The notes beneath the pieces were generated by a model, which made no database searches, was not told where the DNA came from, and saw only the letters and a list, made by a program, of their open reading frames with translations. A stretch of DNA of 60,305 nt, the filler included, from Candidatus Zapsychrus exili (GTDB lineage Bacteria; Omnitrophota; Gorgyraeia; Zapsychrales; Zapsychraceae), in the NCBI GenBank assembly GCA_030765585.1. It is 4 parts of 4 records of this genome, joined end to end, with 100 filler letters (N's around TTAATTAATTAA, not from the genome) between each part and the next. Parts side by side here need not be neighbours in the genome. Positions count along the whole stretch, not along the records: positions 1 to 9,835 come from JAVCCJ010000004.1; positions 9,936 to 27,334 come from JAVCCJ010000001.1; 2 more parts are not named here. The stretch is one strand, 5' to 3'. Positions 1-10,758 of this stretch are shown in pieces; the stretch's first letter is position 1, and every line of letters starts with the position of its first letter. Made by a program: the position numbers and the translations under genes.

Positions 1-132
1 GCCAATATAGTCGTTACTAGGACTGGTACCAGTTCATACGCATAAATAAAGTAGTAAAAATATAATTTAGGAATTAAAACATTGGAGCTCTCGTATAAAG
101 AGCTCCAATGTTTATACAAAAAGCAAACAATT

Positions 133-522
133 ATGAGTAACAAAAAAGGATTTACTTTAATAGAAATAATAATTGTTATTATTATTGTTGGAGCCATTGC
201 GGGACTTGCTTTGCCTCGCTTTGGACTTACTTTTGAAAAGATAAAATCCCAAGAAGGTGTTCAGATTTTAACATCTGTTTATAATGCTCAAAAGATCTAT
301 TACGTTGAAAATGGAGCCTATGCTACTTCTATGGGCAGTCTAGATATTACAGTGCCTACGCCGCAACATTTCGCTGCTCCTGTGCCCAGGAACAACCCTT
401 CAAGCACAGTTGTTAGGATTGATAGATCAACAGGTGCTTATAGGCTCATAATTAGCTACCTAGGCACAATAAATTGCCAGAACTATTCTCCATACCCAAG
501 TTGCACTCAAATAGGATATTAA
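133..522 (+). CDS. Type IV pilin / PilE-like protein
   Basis: Class III signal KKG|FTLIEIIIV with hydrophobic helix and C-terminal Cys pair; ATG at 133 preferred over TTG at 82. Confidence 0.85.
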   Translation: MSNKKGFTLIEIIIVIIIVGAIAGLALPRFGLTFEKIKSQEGVQILTSVYNAQKIYYVENGAYATSMGSLDITVPTPQHFAAPVPRNNPSSTVVRIDRSTGAYRLIISYLGTINCQNYSPYPSCTQIGY

Positions 523-526
523 AATT

Positions 527-931
527 ATGAAAAAAAACGGATTCACATTAATAGAGATACTTATAGTAATTGTTTTGCTGGGAATCATTTCTGGGTTCGC
601 TATACCAAGCTATTCAAAGGCAATAAACAAAGCCCATGAAAAAGATACCGTTGTTCAGCTTACTGCGATACATGCTGGCAATATGATTTATAAGGCTCAA
701 AGTGGCAGCTATTTAACTGGGACTAACAAAAACCTTTCTTACGTTAATTCCAATCTTAAACTAAATGTAATTGCTAATTCTGCAACATACAACTATACTG
801 GAGCTTCAGCAACTTTTGCAGCTACCGCTCAATACGGCAGCTTTACAGTTAAGGTTACTCATGCGGCTATCAGCTCTAGCAATCCTTGTTGCAACTCTGG
901 CTCATGCCCATCTTTAACCGCTTGCCGGTAG
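527..931 (+). CDS. Type IV pilin-like protein
   Basis: KKNG|FTLIEILIV prepilin motif; Cys-rich C-terminus. Confidence 0.85.
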   Translation: MKKNGFTLIEILIVIVLLGIISGFAIPSYSKAINKAHEKDTVVQLTAIHAGNMIYKAQSGSYLTGTNKNLSYVNSNLKLNVIANSATYNYTGASATFAATAQYGSFTVKVTHAAISSSNPCCNSGSCPSLTACR

Positions 932-954
932 GTAGTGGTATATAAGGTACTCTA

Positions 955-1302
955 ATGTTACAAATTTTGAGAAAAAACGGTTTTGCATCAATCATGGAAG
1001 TCATTGTGTCGTCAATTGTCTTTCTAATAGCTGCTTTTGGAATTCTTTCTACTATATCCCAATTAAGACCTCAAGGAACAGGCTCAGCAAAAAAACTAGA
1101 AGCGGCTTACATTGGAAAAGAAGTCATAGATGATATTCGCGGACAGGTTGATGCTAGAATATGGGATGACCCAGGAAACCTTCTTGCTGTTGGCACAACC
1201 CACACTGAAATAATTAGAGAATTTAATGTAACCTGGTGGCTTGAAGATGTTCCTGATATGGGCGCAAGAAAACTTGAAATGATAATAGAGTATCCAGAAT
1301 AA
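955..1302 (+). CDS. Minor pilin/pseudopilin (PilV-like), atypical N-terminus
   Basis: RKNGFASIMEVIVS plus hydrophobic helix; position in pilin cluster. Confidence 0.65.
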   Translation: MLQILRKNGFASIMEVIVSSIVFLIAAFGILSTISQLRPQGTGSAKKLEAAYIGKEVIDDIRGQVDARIWDDPGNLLAVGTTHTEIIREFNVTWWLEDVPDMGARKLEMIIEYPE

Positions 1303-1313
1303 AGACCAAACAA

Positions 1314-1931
1314 ATGCATATATTAAAAAATAAAGCTCTAACTTTAACCGAACTTTTAGTTTCAACTGTTCTTGTCGGAATAGTGATGATTGGTGTAGTG
1401 TCTATGAACTATGCGATAAAGCAGGTTCAAGAGTCTACAAACAAATCAAGCATGCTTGCCATGCGCACAGCGTCTACAATGAGCTATATAACAAGAGAGG
1501 GATCTCAAGCGATAGGAGACGTGTCTTCGTATGGAATAGTGCTAAACACAACAAATCCATCAACCTGCAATTGGGTTTCTTTTCGTCAAGATACAAGCGA
1601 TTCAGCAGATGATTATACGGATGACATCTGGAAAATATTTATAAGGGATCTTAACACAAATACTTTGCGTATGTGCGAACAAACAATAGCTCAGGGGGGA
1701 TCTACTCCAAACACATCGAGCAAGTGTTCTGTTGCAAGCTCAATAATAATTTCTCAGCATATTCAAAATGTAACATTTGAATTATTAAATAACCCCAATC
1801 AATCATATCTTGATTTCTATTTAAGTATTGCAATTGACGCTAGATACACTCCGGACTCTGCTGTAAATCCAATTGAAAATCCAGAATATTTTCTTCAAAC
1901 CAAAATAAGCCCAGCTTCACACAGTTGGTAA
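1314..1931 (+). CDS. Minor pilin (PilW-like)
   Basis: KNKA|LTLTELLVS motif with E5; Cys residues in globular domain. Confidence 0.7.
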   Translation: MHILKNKALTLTELLVSTVLVGIVMIGVVSMNYAIKQVQESTNKSSMLAMRTASTMSYITREGSQAIGDVSSYGIVLNTTNPSTCNWVSFRQDTSDSADDYTDDIWKIFIRDLNTNTLRMCEQTIAQGGSTPNTSSKCSVASSIIISQHIQNVTFELLNNPNQSYLDFYLSIAIDARYTPDSAVNPIENPEYFLQTKISPASHSW

Positions 1932-1980
1932 GTTTCTCTAAGAATCAACAAAACTACAAAAAATATGTTATAATTTAATT

Positions 1981-2616
1981 ATGGAAAATAAAGCAATAAT
2001 AAAAACTATTAAATTTTTAAGCGTTCCTCTGATAAGTTCTTTTCTGGCAATCTCTATGTGTGCGCCAACAGTCTTTGCTGAGGGTCAAATCATAGACTCT
2101 AAGGAGAAAGCGGAAGAGAATGCAAACAAAATAGATCAAGAGGAAGAAAAAGAGACTATAGATGAGGTTGTTCGGGAGGAGAATGCAAACAAAATAGATC
2201 AAGAGGAAGAAAAAGAGACTATAGATGAGGTTGTTCGGGAAGATAAAAATACAAGATATCAAAGAGTAATTCAGAAAAAAAGAAATATAGCAAATCTTAA
2301 ACCTGTCATAAAAAAAAGCAAAGAAAAAGAGAAGTCAGAAGAAGGCAAGGAACATGAAAAAGCGTTCAAGAAAAAAGAAAAGATTAAGCTAAAAGAAGAA
2401 AAAAAGTTAGAAAGAAGAAAAAGAAGAGTTAAGAAGCAACGATTGCGAAGAGAAAAAGAAGTTGAAAAGAACCTCGAGAGAAAAAACAAAGAAAGACTTA
2501 GGAAATTAAAGATAGTAGAAGACAGAAAAAAGAAACTTCATAAAAAGATGGAAAGAATAAAAAAGAACGCTGAAAAAAGAGAGAAAAGAAGCAAAAAAAG
2601 AAGGAGAAAGAAGTAA
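1981..2616 (+). CDS. Secreted hypothetical protein, Lys/Glu/Arg-rich coiled coil
   Basis: Signal peptide ending VFA-E; acidic repeat followed by basic tail. Confidence 0.65.
   Translation: MENKAIIKTIKFLSVPLISSFLAISMCAPTVFAEGQIIDSKEKAEENANKIDQEEEKETIDEVVREENANKIDQEEEKETIDEVVREDKNTRYQRVIQKKRNIANLKPVIKKSKEKEKSEEGKEHEKAFKKKEKIKLKEEKKLERRKRRVKKQRLRREKEVEKNLERKNKERLRKLKIVEDRKKKLHKKMERIKKNAEKREKRSKKRRRKK
2116..2240 (+). repeat. 63-bp tandem duplication (ENANKIDQEEEKETIDEVVRE x2)
   Basis: Units start at 2116 and 2179, identical over 62 bp, in frame. Confidence 0.95.
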
Positions 2617-2625
2617 AAACTTAAC

Positions 2626-3363
2626 ATGCATACGCTTTACTACCACGAAACAAAACTTACCGAAAAAGAAAACATAACTCTTAAAGATTCTGATGAGATA
2701 CACCATCTTAAAAATGTCCTAAGATTAAAAAAAGGGAACAAGGTAACTGTTTTTGATGGATTGGGCACTGAAGCTTTAGGGGAAATAAAACACATAAAAG
2801 AGAACGAAGTAATAATATTTATAAAAAATGTGAAGGAGCTTGAATGCACTGCAAATAAAATTATTCTTGCATGTGCAATACCCAAAAAAAATAAATTTGA
2901 ACTTATAGTAGAAAAGTGTACTGAGCTTGGAGTAAGTGAGATAATTCCAATAATAACAAAAAACTCAGATGTAATATTAAGCGGAGAACGCGCAAACAAA
3001 AAGCTTACTCGTTACAAAAATATTGCCATAAGCGCATCAAAACAATCAAAAAGAGCAACCATACCAACAATTCATCCTATATGTAGCTTTAAGGATGCCC
3101 TTAGCAAACTTTCAAAAGAAACAACCGCACTAATACCAAGCCTAGAGGAAAAATCTAATAATATTCTTAAAATCCTAGAGAAAACAAAAGATATTGGAAA
3201 AATATCACTTTTTATAGGACCTGAGGGAGACTTTACTAAAGAAGAATACTCTCTAGCATCAAAAAGCGGGTGCATACCCGTATCTTTAGGCAAAAATATT
3301 CTTAGAGTTGAAACAGCAGCAATATGTACTGTTTCTTGCGCAAGCCTATATCATCAAATATAA
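2626..3363 (+). CDS. rsmE: 16S rRNA m3U1498 methyltransferase
   Basis: HHLKNVLRL, EKCTELGV, IGPEGDF and LGKNILRVETA motifs. Confidence 0.95.
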   Translation: MHTLYYHETKLTEKENITLKDSDEIHHLKNVLRLKKGNKVTVFDGLGTEALGEIKHIKENEVIIFIKNVKELECTANKIILACAIPKKNKFELIVEKCTELGVSEIIPIITKNSDVILSGERANKKLTRYKNIAISASKQSKRATIPTIHPICSFKDALSKLSKETTALIPSLEEKSNNILKILEKTKDIGKISLFIGPEGDFTKEEYSLASKSGCIPVSLGKNILRVETAAICTVSCASLYHQI

Positions 3364-3405
3364 TAATCTTTATATTTAATATAAATAGTCTATATCTATA
3401 TATTA

Positions 3406-3434
3406 TTGACAATATATCTAAGCTCGTGTATAAT
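3406..3434 (+). promoter_or_regulatory. Sigma70 promoter upstream of recA
   Basis: Perfect TTGACA-17 bp-TATAAT. Confidence 0.8.
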
Positions 3435-3553
3435 CCATTTCTCTTTAAAGTTTTAAATAAATTTAACAAATCCCCGGACAATCTTGCACTTTATTAATAT
3501 TAAAAGCATGATTTATTCGATTTCACCTAAAAGAAGAATAGGAGAGGGTAATT

Positions 3554-4558
3554 ATGGCAGAACAAAAGACACCAACTGAAATGGAAAACAGAAAAAAAGC
3601 ACTAGAGCTCGCATTAACACAAATTGAAAAACAATTTGGCAAGGGATCCATAATGAAGCTCGACGGCGGTATAGTAAAAAATATCGAATCTATACCAACA
3701 GGTTCCATAGCACTTGATTTAGCTTTAGGTGTAGGAGGGATTCCAAAGGGAAGAGTAGTCGAAATATACGGCCCTGAATCTTCAGGCAAAACAACGCTTA
3801 CGCTTAGTATAATAAGTCAAATTCAAAAACAAAACGGAACAGCAGCATTTATTGATGCTGAGCATGCATTTGATTCAGCTTATGCTCAAAAGATAGGTAT
3901 TAAACTTGATGATCTTCTTATCTCTCAACCTGACACAGGCGAACAAGCACTTGAAATAACAGAAACTCTTGTTCGGTCAAATGCCGTTGATCTTGTTGTA
4001 ATAGATTCAGTCGCCGCACTTACACCAAGAGCAGAAATTGAAGGAAATATGGGAGATTCTCATATGGGCCTTCAAGCAAGATTAATGTCACAAGCTCTTC
4101 GTAAGCTTACTGCAGCGATAAGCAAATCAAAGACATGCGTGATATTCATCAATCAAATAAGAATGAAAATAGGCGTTATGTTCGGAAGCCCCGAAACAAC
4201 AACAGGTGGACGCGCATTAAAATTTTATGCATCTGTTCGCATAGACTTAAGAAGAATTGAGAGCCTAAAACAAGGAGACGTTTTTATAGGAAATCGCGTA
4301 AGGGCTAAAATAGTAAAAAATAAAGTTGCTGCACCTTTTAGAGAAGCAATTTTTGAAATACATTTTAATGAAGGAATATCCAGAGAAGCAGATCTGCTAG
4401 ATTTGGCAGTTAAGTATGAAATCATAGAAAAGGCAGGATCTTGGTTTTCTATAGAAGGTGAAAAAATAGGTCAAGGCAAAGAAAATTCTAGAAAATACTT
4501 ACAGGACAATCCTAAAATAGCCAACAAAGTTGAGAAACAAATTAGAGAAAAAGCATAA
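3554..4558 (+). CDS. recA: Recombinase A
   Basis: [10 protein letters not shown]-loop, DSVAAL, ALKFYAS. Confidence 0.99.
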   Translation: MAEQKTPTEMENRKKALELALTQIEKQFGKGSIMKLDGGIVKNIESIPTGSIALDLALGVGGIPKGRVVEIYGPESSGKTTLTLSIISQIQKQNGTAAFIDAEHAFDSAYAQKIGIKLDDLLISQPDTGEQALEITETLVRSNAVDLVVIDSVAALTPRAEIEGNMGDSHMGLQARLMSQALRKLTAAISKSKTCVIFINQIRMKIGVMFGSPETTTGGRALKFYASVRIDLRRIESLKQGDVFIGNRVRAKIVKNKVAAPFREAIFEIHFNEGISREADLLDLAVKYEIIEKAGSWFSIEGEKIGQGKENSRKYLQDNPKIANKVEKQIREKA

Positions 4559-4566
4559 GAAATAGA

Positions 4567-4624
4567 TTATAAGGCTGCTTATGTCATCGAAGATATGAGC
4601 TCTTCAATATAAACAGCCTTATAA
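4567..4624. terminator. Hairpin between recA and alaS
   Basis: TTATAAGGCTG...CAGCCTTATAA inverted repeat. Confidence 0.5.
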
Positions 4625-4668
4625 AAGATATACAATAACAAAGAGGCACGGCCAAAAAAATTATTATT

Positions 4669-7326
4669 ATGAAAACAAAAGAAATTAGAGCAAAATTTTT
4701 AAAGTTCTTTGAATCAAAAAAACACAAAATCATTGCAAGCGATTCGCTAGTTCCAAAAGATGACCCTACGGTTCTTTTTACAACCGCAGGTATGCAACAA
4801 TTTAAACAGCAATTTCTTGGAAATATAGACGATTTTAAATGCGCAACAACATCTCAAAAATGCTTAAGAACAGACGATTTAACTGAAGTAGGTAAAACAG
4901 ATTTTCATCACACGTTCTTTGAAATGCTAGGAAATTTCTCTTTTGGAGATTACTTTAAAAAAGAAGCTATATCTTTTGCTTGGGAATTTTTAACCAAGGA
5001 GCTTGGAATTGATAAGAATAGACTCTGGGTATCAGTATATAAAGATGATGAAGAAGCTGAAAAATTTTGGCTAAAAAATATAAAGATACCTAAAGAAAAG
5101 CTGTTTAAGCTAGGAGATAAGAGCAACTTTTGGCCATCTAATGCAAAATTAAATGGACCTAATGGGCCATGTGGGTCTTGTTCAGAGATATTTTTTGATT
5201 ATAATCCAGAGGACAAAACTATTCCCTCTGACCCTGACGACATACCTGGGAGATTTTCAGAAGTATGGAATCTTGTCTTCACTCAGTTTGAGCGTAAAGA
5301 AGGCGGGGAGCTCGTTCCTTTACCTAACAAGAACATAGATACTGGAATGGGACTAGAGCGTCTAGCTGCTGTAATGCAAGGTAAGAAAAATAATTTTGAA
5401 ACCGACATATTCGCACCTATTCTAAAATCAATTGAAGAAGACCTTGGAATAAAAGACATATACCAAAGAAATGTTATTGCAGACCATATGCGTGCTATTT
5501 GCTTTGGAATTGCTGATGGCGTTATTCCTTCGAATGAAGGCAGAGGATATGTGATAAAAAAATTAATTATCACAGCAACAGATATAGCAATAGCTAATGG
5601 CCATCAAAAACCTGTAATATTTAATTTAGTCGATAAAGTTGTAGAAACGATGAAAGACCCTTATTCAGAAATTGAAAAAAAGAGCAAAGACATAGCTGGC
5701 ATGATTAAAGATATAGAGCAATCTTTCATTAAAGTTTGCAAAGAAAAGGTTCCTGAATTAATCGATAAATATAAAATCTTAAAAGATAAAGTTTATGATT
5801 CTAGTGCTTTTGCAGAAGAAGCTGCAGAAGAAGCTGGTGAGCTAGCGTTTAAATTTAAGGATACTTATGGACTGCCAATCAATATGATTATTGGTATATT
5901 AGAAAAACAATGTGGCCTTATGGATGAAGAAAAAACAGACATATTGAAAAAATATGACAAACTTATGGCAAAACAACAAAATCAGTCTAGAGCAACTAGT
6001 AAAATGACTGGGGATGTTTTTAAAGGCAGCGAGATAAAGACAAACTCTCCAAAAACAAACTTTTTAGGTCACAAGCACGCCAATGTAACTGGTACTGTTC
6101 TTGGACTTTTTGTAAACAATAAAACTGTTCCAACAGCAAAACAGGGAGAAAATGTTAAGATTGTTTTAGATAAGTCTTCTTTTTATGCAGAATCAGGCGG
6201 TCAAATTGGAGATACGGGAACAATAACAAAAGATAAGGTTTCTATAAAAATAACTGATACTCAAAAAATAAATGATGTATTTATTCATATTGGTGTAGTC
6301 GAATCTGGAAATATCAATGTCAACGATCAAATAAAAGCAGAGATAGATTTGGACAGAAGGCTATCTATAATGAGAAATCATACTGCGACGCATTTACTTC
6401 AAGCTGCGCTAAGAGAGGTTTTAGGATCTCATGTTCAGCAGCAAGGTTCGTCGGTAGATAACGAGCGTCTTCGCTTTGATTTCACGCATCACAAAGCACT
6501 TTTAGATGAAGAGATAGAGAAAATAGAGGACTATGTAAACAACATAATTCTATCATGTTGCACAGTAACAAAAGACTATATGTCAACAAAAGAAGCGGTG
6601 CAAAATGGAGCACTTGCTTTCTTTGCTGAGAAATACGGCGAAACTGTTCGCGTTATTTCAATAGGAAATACATCAAAAGAGCTGTGCGGAGGAACACATC
6701 TTGACTCAACAGGTCAAATTGGACTATTTAAAATTGTAAGTGAAAGCGCAATTGCACAAGGCATAAGAAGAATAGAGGCTAAGACGGGATTAAATGCATT
6801 AAGAGATATAAAGAATCAAGAAAAACAACTACTAAAAATATCTAGAAAACTAAAAGCTCCTGCAGATGAAATTGTAGGTCGTGTCTCAATGCAGTCTAAG
6901 AAAATAAAAGAGCTTGAAAAAGAACTTGAAAAATATAGATTTGAAACAATTAAAGAATCTATTGATTCTATAGTTTGTGATTCAGAAAGCGTAGGCAACA
7001 CTAAGATCATCACACATTGCTTTAAAAACGCTGATATGGGGTTATTAAGAAAAGTATCCGATATTGTAAAACAAAAAGCTAAATCATCTATCATAGCACT
7101 TGGAAGCTCCCTAGATGATAATGCATATATATTGCTCTCAGTATCAGACGATATTATCAAGAAAGATATTAAAGCAAATGAAATAATTAAAGAAATTGCA
7201 GTTTTAATCGACGGAAGCGGTGGTGGAAGCCCAAAGCTTGCCCAAGCAGGAAGCAAGGAAGCGTCCAAGGTTAATGCAGCAATACAAAAATCTAAAAACA
7301 TAATAAAAGAAATGCTAAAACCATGA
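4669..7326 (+). CDS. alaS: Alanine--tRNA ligase
   Basis: HHTFFEMLGNFSFGDYFK, DTGMGLER, HTATH, ELCGGTH, DHHA1 GGG. Confidence 0.99.
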   Translation: MKTKEIRAKFLKFFESKKHKIIASDSLVPKDDPTVLFTTAGMQQFKQQFLGNIDDFKCATTSQKCLRTDDLTEVGKTDFHHTFFEMLGNFSFGDYFKKEAISFAWEFLTKELGIDKNRLWVSVYKDDEEAEKFWLKNIKIPKEKLFKLGDKSNFWPSNAKLNGPNGPCGSCSEIFFDYNPEDKTIPSDPDDIPGRFSEVWNLVFTQFERKEGGELVPLPNKNIDTGMGLERLAAVMQGKKNNFETDIFAPILKSIEEDLGIKDIYQRNVIADHMRAICFGIADGVIPSNEGRGYVIKKLIITATDIAIANGHQKPVIFNLVDKVVETMKDPYSEIEKKSKDIAGMIKDIEQSFIKVCKEKVPELIDKYKILKDKVYDSSAFAEEAAEEAGELAFKFKDTYGLPINMIIGILEKQCGLMDEEKTDILKKYDKLMAKQQNQSRATSKMTGDVFKGSEIKTNSPKTNFLGHKHANVTGTVLGLFVNNKTVPTAKQGENVKIVLDKSSFYAESGGQIGDTGTITKDKVSIKITDTQKINDVFIHIGVVESGNINVNDQIKAEIDLDRRLSIMRNHTATHLLQAALREVLGSHVQQQGSSVDNERLRFDFTHHKALLDEEIEKIEDYVNNIILSCCTVTKDYMSTKEAVQNGALAFFAEKYGETVRVISIGNTSKELCGGTHLDSTGQIGLFKIVSESAIAQGIRRIEAKTGLNALRDIKNQEKQLLKISRKLKAPADEIVGRVSMQSKKIKELEKELEKYRFETIKESIDSIVCDSESVGNTKIITHCFKNADMGLLRKVSDIVKQKAKSSIIALGSSLDDNAYILLSVSDDIIKKDIKANEIIKEIAVLIDGSGGGSPKLAQAGSKEASKVNAAIQKSKNIIKEMLKP

Positions 7327-8546
7327 AAACCTTAAAACAAAACGGAGTAGCGCTTCAAAAACTATACGACAGAAATCTTTATGCTAGAAAGAAATCTGTT
7401 TATGAAAAAGTAAGACGTATCGTAGAGGATGTGCGAATAGATGGTGATGAAGCCGTAATAAAATATACAAAGAAATTTGATAAAGTAAAATTAAGCCCTA
7501 AGGAAATAAAAGTTACAGAAAGCGAAATAAGCTCTGCTTTTCAAGGTATCACTAGCGATTTTATATCAACACTTAAAGTTGTTATGAACAATGTTTCTAC
7601 GTTTTATAAAAAGCAAGAACACAAGCCTTGCAGAATAAAAGACGCTGATGGAGTCCTTTTAAAAGAAAATATAATACCGCTTGATACTGTAGGTATTTAC
7701 GTGCCTGCTGGCACAGCACCTTTAGTATCGTCTGTATATATGTCTGTTATTCCAGCAAAAGTAGCTGGCGTTAAAAACATTATCATTGCAACACCACCAG
7801 ATAAAGATGGTCGTATCAACCCGCACATATTAGCTGTCGCTAATCTGCTAAAGGTTAATGATATTTATAAAATTGGTGGTGCTCAAGCAATTGCAGCACT
7901 AGCATTTGGCACAAAAACAGTGCCAAAAGTAGATAAAATTATCGGACCTGGAAATATGTTTGTAACTGAAGCTAAGCGTCAATTATTCGGATACGTTGAT
8001 ATAGACATGCTAGCAGGGCCTTCTGAACTTGTTGTAATTGCAAACATGAACAGTAATCCAAATTATATAATAGCTGATCTTGAAGGACAAATTGAACATT
8101 TAGGAGGGCTGTCTGTATTAATTACAACTTCTAAGAAAATATTAAAACAGGTAAGCAAAAAAGTATCTGGCGGCTATGCTATTTACGCAAAAAATATCGA
8201 CGAGGCAGTAGATATAGCAAATAAAATAGCTCCTGAGCATTTGCAAATATTAACAAACAACGCAAAAAGCATTGCGAACAAAATTAAGAACGCAGGTGCA
8301 ATATTTTTAGGACCTTATAGTCCAACAGCACTTGGAGATTATGCAGCAGGACCAAGTCACGTCTTGCCAACACTTGGTTCAGCGAAGTTTTTCTCTGGAT
8401 TATGCGCCTCTGATTTCTTAAAGAAAAGCCATGTTATATCTTATTCAAAAAAAGCCCTTGAGAAAGTAAGAGATCATGTTGAGAAAATATCAACGCTTGA
8501 AGGTCTTGATAAACATTGTGAGTCTATTAAAATTAGATTCAACTAA
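7323..8546 (+). CDS. hisD: Histidinol dehydrogenase
   Basis: GGAQAIAALAFGT, GPGN, DMLAGPSE, APEHL, GPSHVLPT. Confidence 0.97.
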   Translation: MKTLKQNGVALQKLYDRNLYARKKSVYEKVRRIVEDVRIDGDEAVIKYTKKFDKVKLSPKEIKVTESEISSAFQGITSDFISTLKVVMNNVSTFYKKQEHKPCRIKDADGVLLKENIIPLDTVGIYVPAGTAPLVSSVYMSVIPAKVAGVKNIIIATPPDKDGRINPHILAVANLLKVNDIYKIGGAQAIAALAFGTKTVPKVDKIIGPGNMFVTEAKRQLFGYVDIDMLAGPSELVVIANMNSNPNYIIADLEGQIEHLGGLSVLITTSKKILKQVSKKVSGGYAIYAKNIDEAVDIANKIAPEHLQILTNNAKSIANKIKNAGAIFLGPYSPTALGDYAAGPSHVLPTLGSAKFFSGLCASDFLKKSHVISYSKKALEKVRDHVEKISTLEGLDKHCESIKIRFN

Positions 8547-8592
8547 CCCCGTTAGAGAACAAAATAAACTTACCCCGCTCTCTAAACGGGGT
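8547..8592. repeat. REP-like palindrome (CCCCGTTAGAGA...TCTCTAAACGGGG)
   Basis: Imperfect inverted repeat between hisD and hisB; related arms at 31767-31809. Confidence 0.6.
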
Positions 8593-8606
8593 AACGAGGA
8601 AACATT

Positions 8607-9224
8607 ATGAAACGTATTGCTCAATTAGAAAGAAAAAGCAAAGAAACAGAAATAGTAGCAGAGCTAAATATCGATGGAAAAGGACAGTCGTCTATCAAAA
8701 CTAATATAGGGCTGCTCGATCACATGCTAGATCTTTTTTCATTTCATGGATATTTTGACCTAAATCTAAAAGTGAAAAAAGCTGATCTAGAGATAGATAT
8801 ACATCATACAAATGAAGATATCGGTATTGTGTTAGGAAAACTATTTAAAAAGGCCCTTGGTGAAGAAAAAGCAGGTATTAAGCGTTTTGGATCGGGTTCT
8901 GCGCCAATGGAATCAACGTTAGGCGAAGTAACAGTCGATATCAGCGGTCGCGGTTACTTAACCCTTAAAATTGGCGATGGAGCATACCCTATTCAAATAG
9001 CTGATCAAGATGGATATGCGATTAGCTATCTTGAGCACTTTTTAGAATCATTTGCTCATGGATTAGGAGCTACAATAAACGTTACTATAAAGAAGCCTAG
9101 TGAAGATTTGCACACCAATATGGAAGCTGCGTTTAAAGCTCTAGGTATTGCGCTTGATAAAGCAACACAAATAGATCCTAGGCGTCAAGGCGAGGTTCCT
9201 TCGACAAAGGGAATAATAGACTAA
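8607..9224 (+). CDS. hisB: Imidazoleglycerol-phosphate dehydratase
   Basis: DHML, DIHHTNED, LHTNMEAAFKA, PSTKG. Confidence 0.95.
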   Translation: MKRIAQLERKSKETEIVAELNIDGKGQSSIKTNIGLLDHMLDLFSFHGYFDLNLKVKKADLEIDIHHTNEDIGIVLGKLFKKALGEEKAGIKRFGSGSAPMESTLGEVTVDISGRGYLTLKIGDGAYPIQIADQDGYAISYLEHFLESFAHGLGATINVTIKKPSEDLHTNMEAAFKALGIALDKATQIDPRRQGEVPSTKGIID

Positions 9225-9252
9225 AGAGTAAACTTAAAAACTAATGGATATT

Positions 9253-9288
9253 AATTGCAGGGGTTCAATATTTTGAGCCCCTGCAATT
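9253..9288. terminator. Hairpin between hisB and hisH
   Basis: AATTGCAGGGGTTCAA-TATT-TTGAGCCCCTGCAATT. Confidence 0.55.
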
Positions 9289-9301
9289 TAAAATTAAAAA
9301 T

Positions 9302-9835
9302 ATGATTGCAATAATTGACTATGGAATGGGAAATCTAAGAAGCGTAGAAAAGGCGCTAGAAAAAGTTGGCGCAGATGTTTTAGTAACGCAAAGCAAAGAT
9401 GAAATAGAGGCTGCAAATAAATTGGTTCTACCTGGGGTTGGCGCAATAAAACCGGCCGTGGAGAAACTTGCTAGTCTTAATCTAATTGACTCTATAAAAG
9501 AATCAATATCTCAAAATAAACCTTTCTTAGGAATATGTTTAGGTTATCAAATTTTATTTGAGAGAAGTGATGAAGGGACAGACGCAAAAGGTTTAGGCAT
9601 ATTAAAAGGCGATGTTAAAAAATTTGATAGCCTCAAAATACCTCAAATAGGATGGAACCAAATAACAATACAGCAAAAAGATTGCCCTATTTTTTCTGGC
9701 ATAGAAAACGAATCTAACTTTTACTTCTGTCACTCTTATTATACTGATCCAGAAGATAAAAGTATTATTGCAACAACAACGAATTACGGGAAAAAATATG
9801 CCTCGTCTATTGCAACAAAGAATATATTCGGCGTA
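9302..9835 (+). CDS. hisH: Imidazole glycerol phosphate synthase, glutaminase subunit (3' end cut by contig end)
   Basis: IDYGMGNL, PGVG, GICLG, YFCHSY. Confidence 0.95.
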
Positions 9836-9935
9836 NNNNNNNNNNNNNNNNNNNNNNNNNNNNNNNNNNNNNNNNNNNNTTAATTAATTAANNNNNNNNN
9901 NNNNNNNNNNNNNNNNNNNNNNNNNNNNNNNNNNN
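9836..9935. other. Artificial contig linker
   Basis: N-run around TTAATTAATTAA (stops in all six frames). Confidence 0.98.
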
Positions 9936-10663
9936 GCGCTATACGCGAGCAATATAAAATAAAGGTCCATTGCCCTACGGTCACTTCTTTTAAGCATCAT
10001 CGGAAAATACTTCTCATCCTCCAGTAAAGCCTTTTTCACCTCTATTCTTTCAATAATACTACCAACATAAAGAGGCTCTCTTTCCCTTTTTGCGGCCTCT
10101 TCCTTCTTCTTCTGTATCTCGTAAATCCTCTCCAACCTTGCTATCTTCTCCTCCGCGAGCTCAAGTGAATCAATCAGCGTCACCGACTCAAAATTATTCT
10201 TAAGCGCGACAATGCTCCAATTCATACTCCCCTCAACCACATAACGCCCATCCACAACAATAACCTTATCGTGCAATTTACGTCCGGGCGGCATAAAATA
10301 CAGCTCACACCCCGCGTCCTCCAACTCCTTAAATTCATCTTTACCAACAAGCTCTTCATAACTCACATCAGGAAACCTTGTATTCAAATAAATCCTTACC
10401 TCTACGCCCCGCTCTTCGGCCTCAACCAAATCATTCAACAACAGCTTAACCGGATTATTCGTCTTTAACTGCGTACTGATATGATACATTCCAACAACAA
10501 CCGACTCCTTGGCATTATCAATCAATTCAATAACGGCCTCTTCATATTCCCGATCAGATATATCACTCACGCTGGCCGGATAAAATTCCCCAGCAAAACA
10601 AAAATCCCCACCGATTACAGCAAGGATTAATATAAAGACAACAATTCCAATTTTGGATTTCAA
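9936..10663 (-). CDS. Phospholipase D/Nuc-family HKD protein with signal peptide (3' end cut by contig end)
   Basis: LHDKVIVVDGRYVVEGSMNWS matches HxKxxxxD-x6-GSxN. Confidence 0.85.
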
Positions 10664-10758
10664 TCTATATCTCCATTCTCATAGCTATTTTTATTATACG
10701 CCTCTCGTATAATGAAGAAAAATGCATGATTGCATCAATATCCCCCATTATTTTCTAC

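Noticed and set aside
2116..2240. Direct repeat as a possible CRISPR array
   Set aside because: Two abutting in-frame coding units with no spacers; no CRISPR array or cas gene was seen in the window
6816..7301. Antisense or alternative-frame ORFs in the track (e.g. 6816-7301, 16989-17396, 22123-22554, 27574-28044, 33989-34354)
   Set aside because: Shadow ORFs overlapping better-supported genes, with no motifs of their own
9836..9935. TTAATTAATTAA palindrome in N-runs (also 27335-27434 and 48118-48217)
   Set aside because: Assembly linker; it also creates false ORF ends, and gene adjacency across it is meaningless
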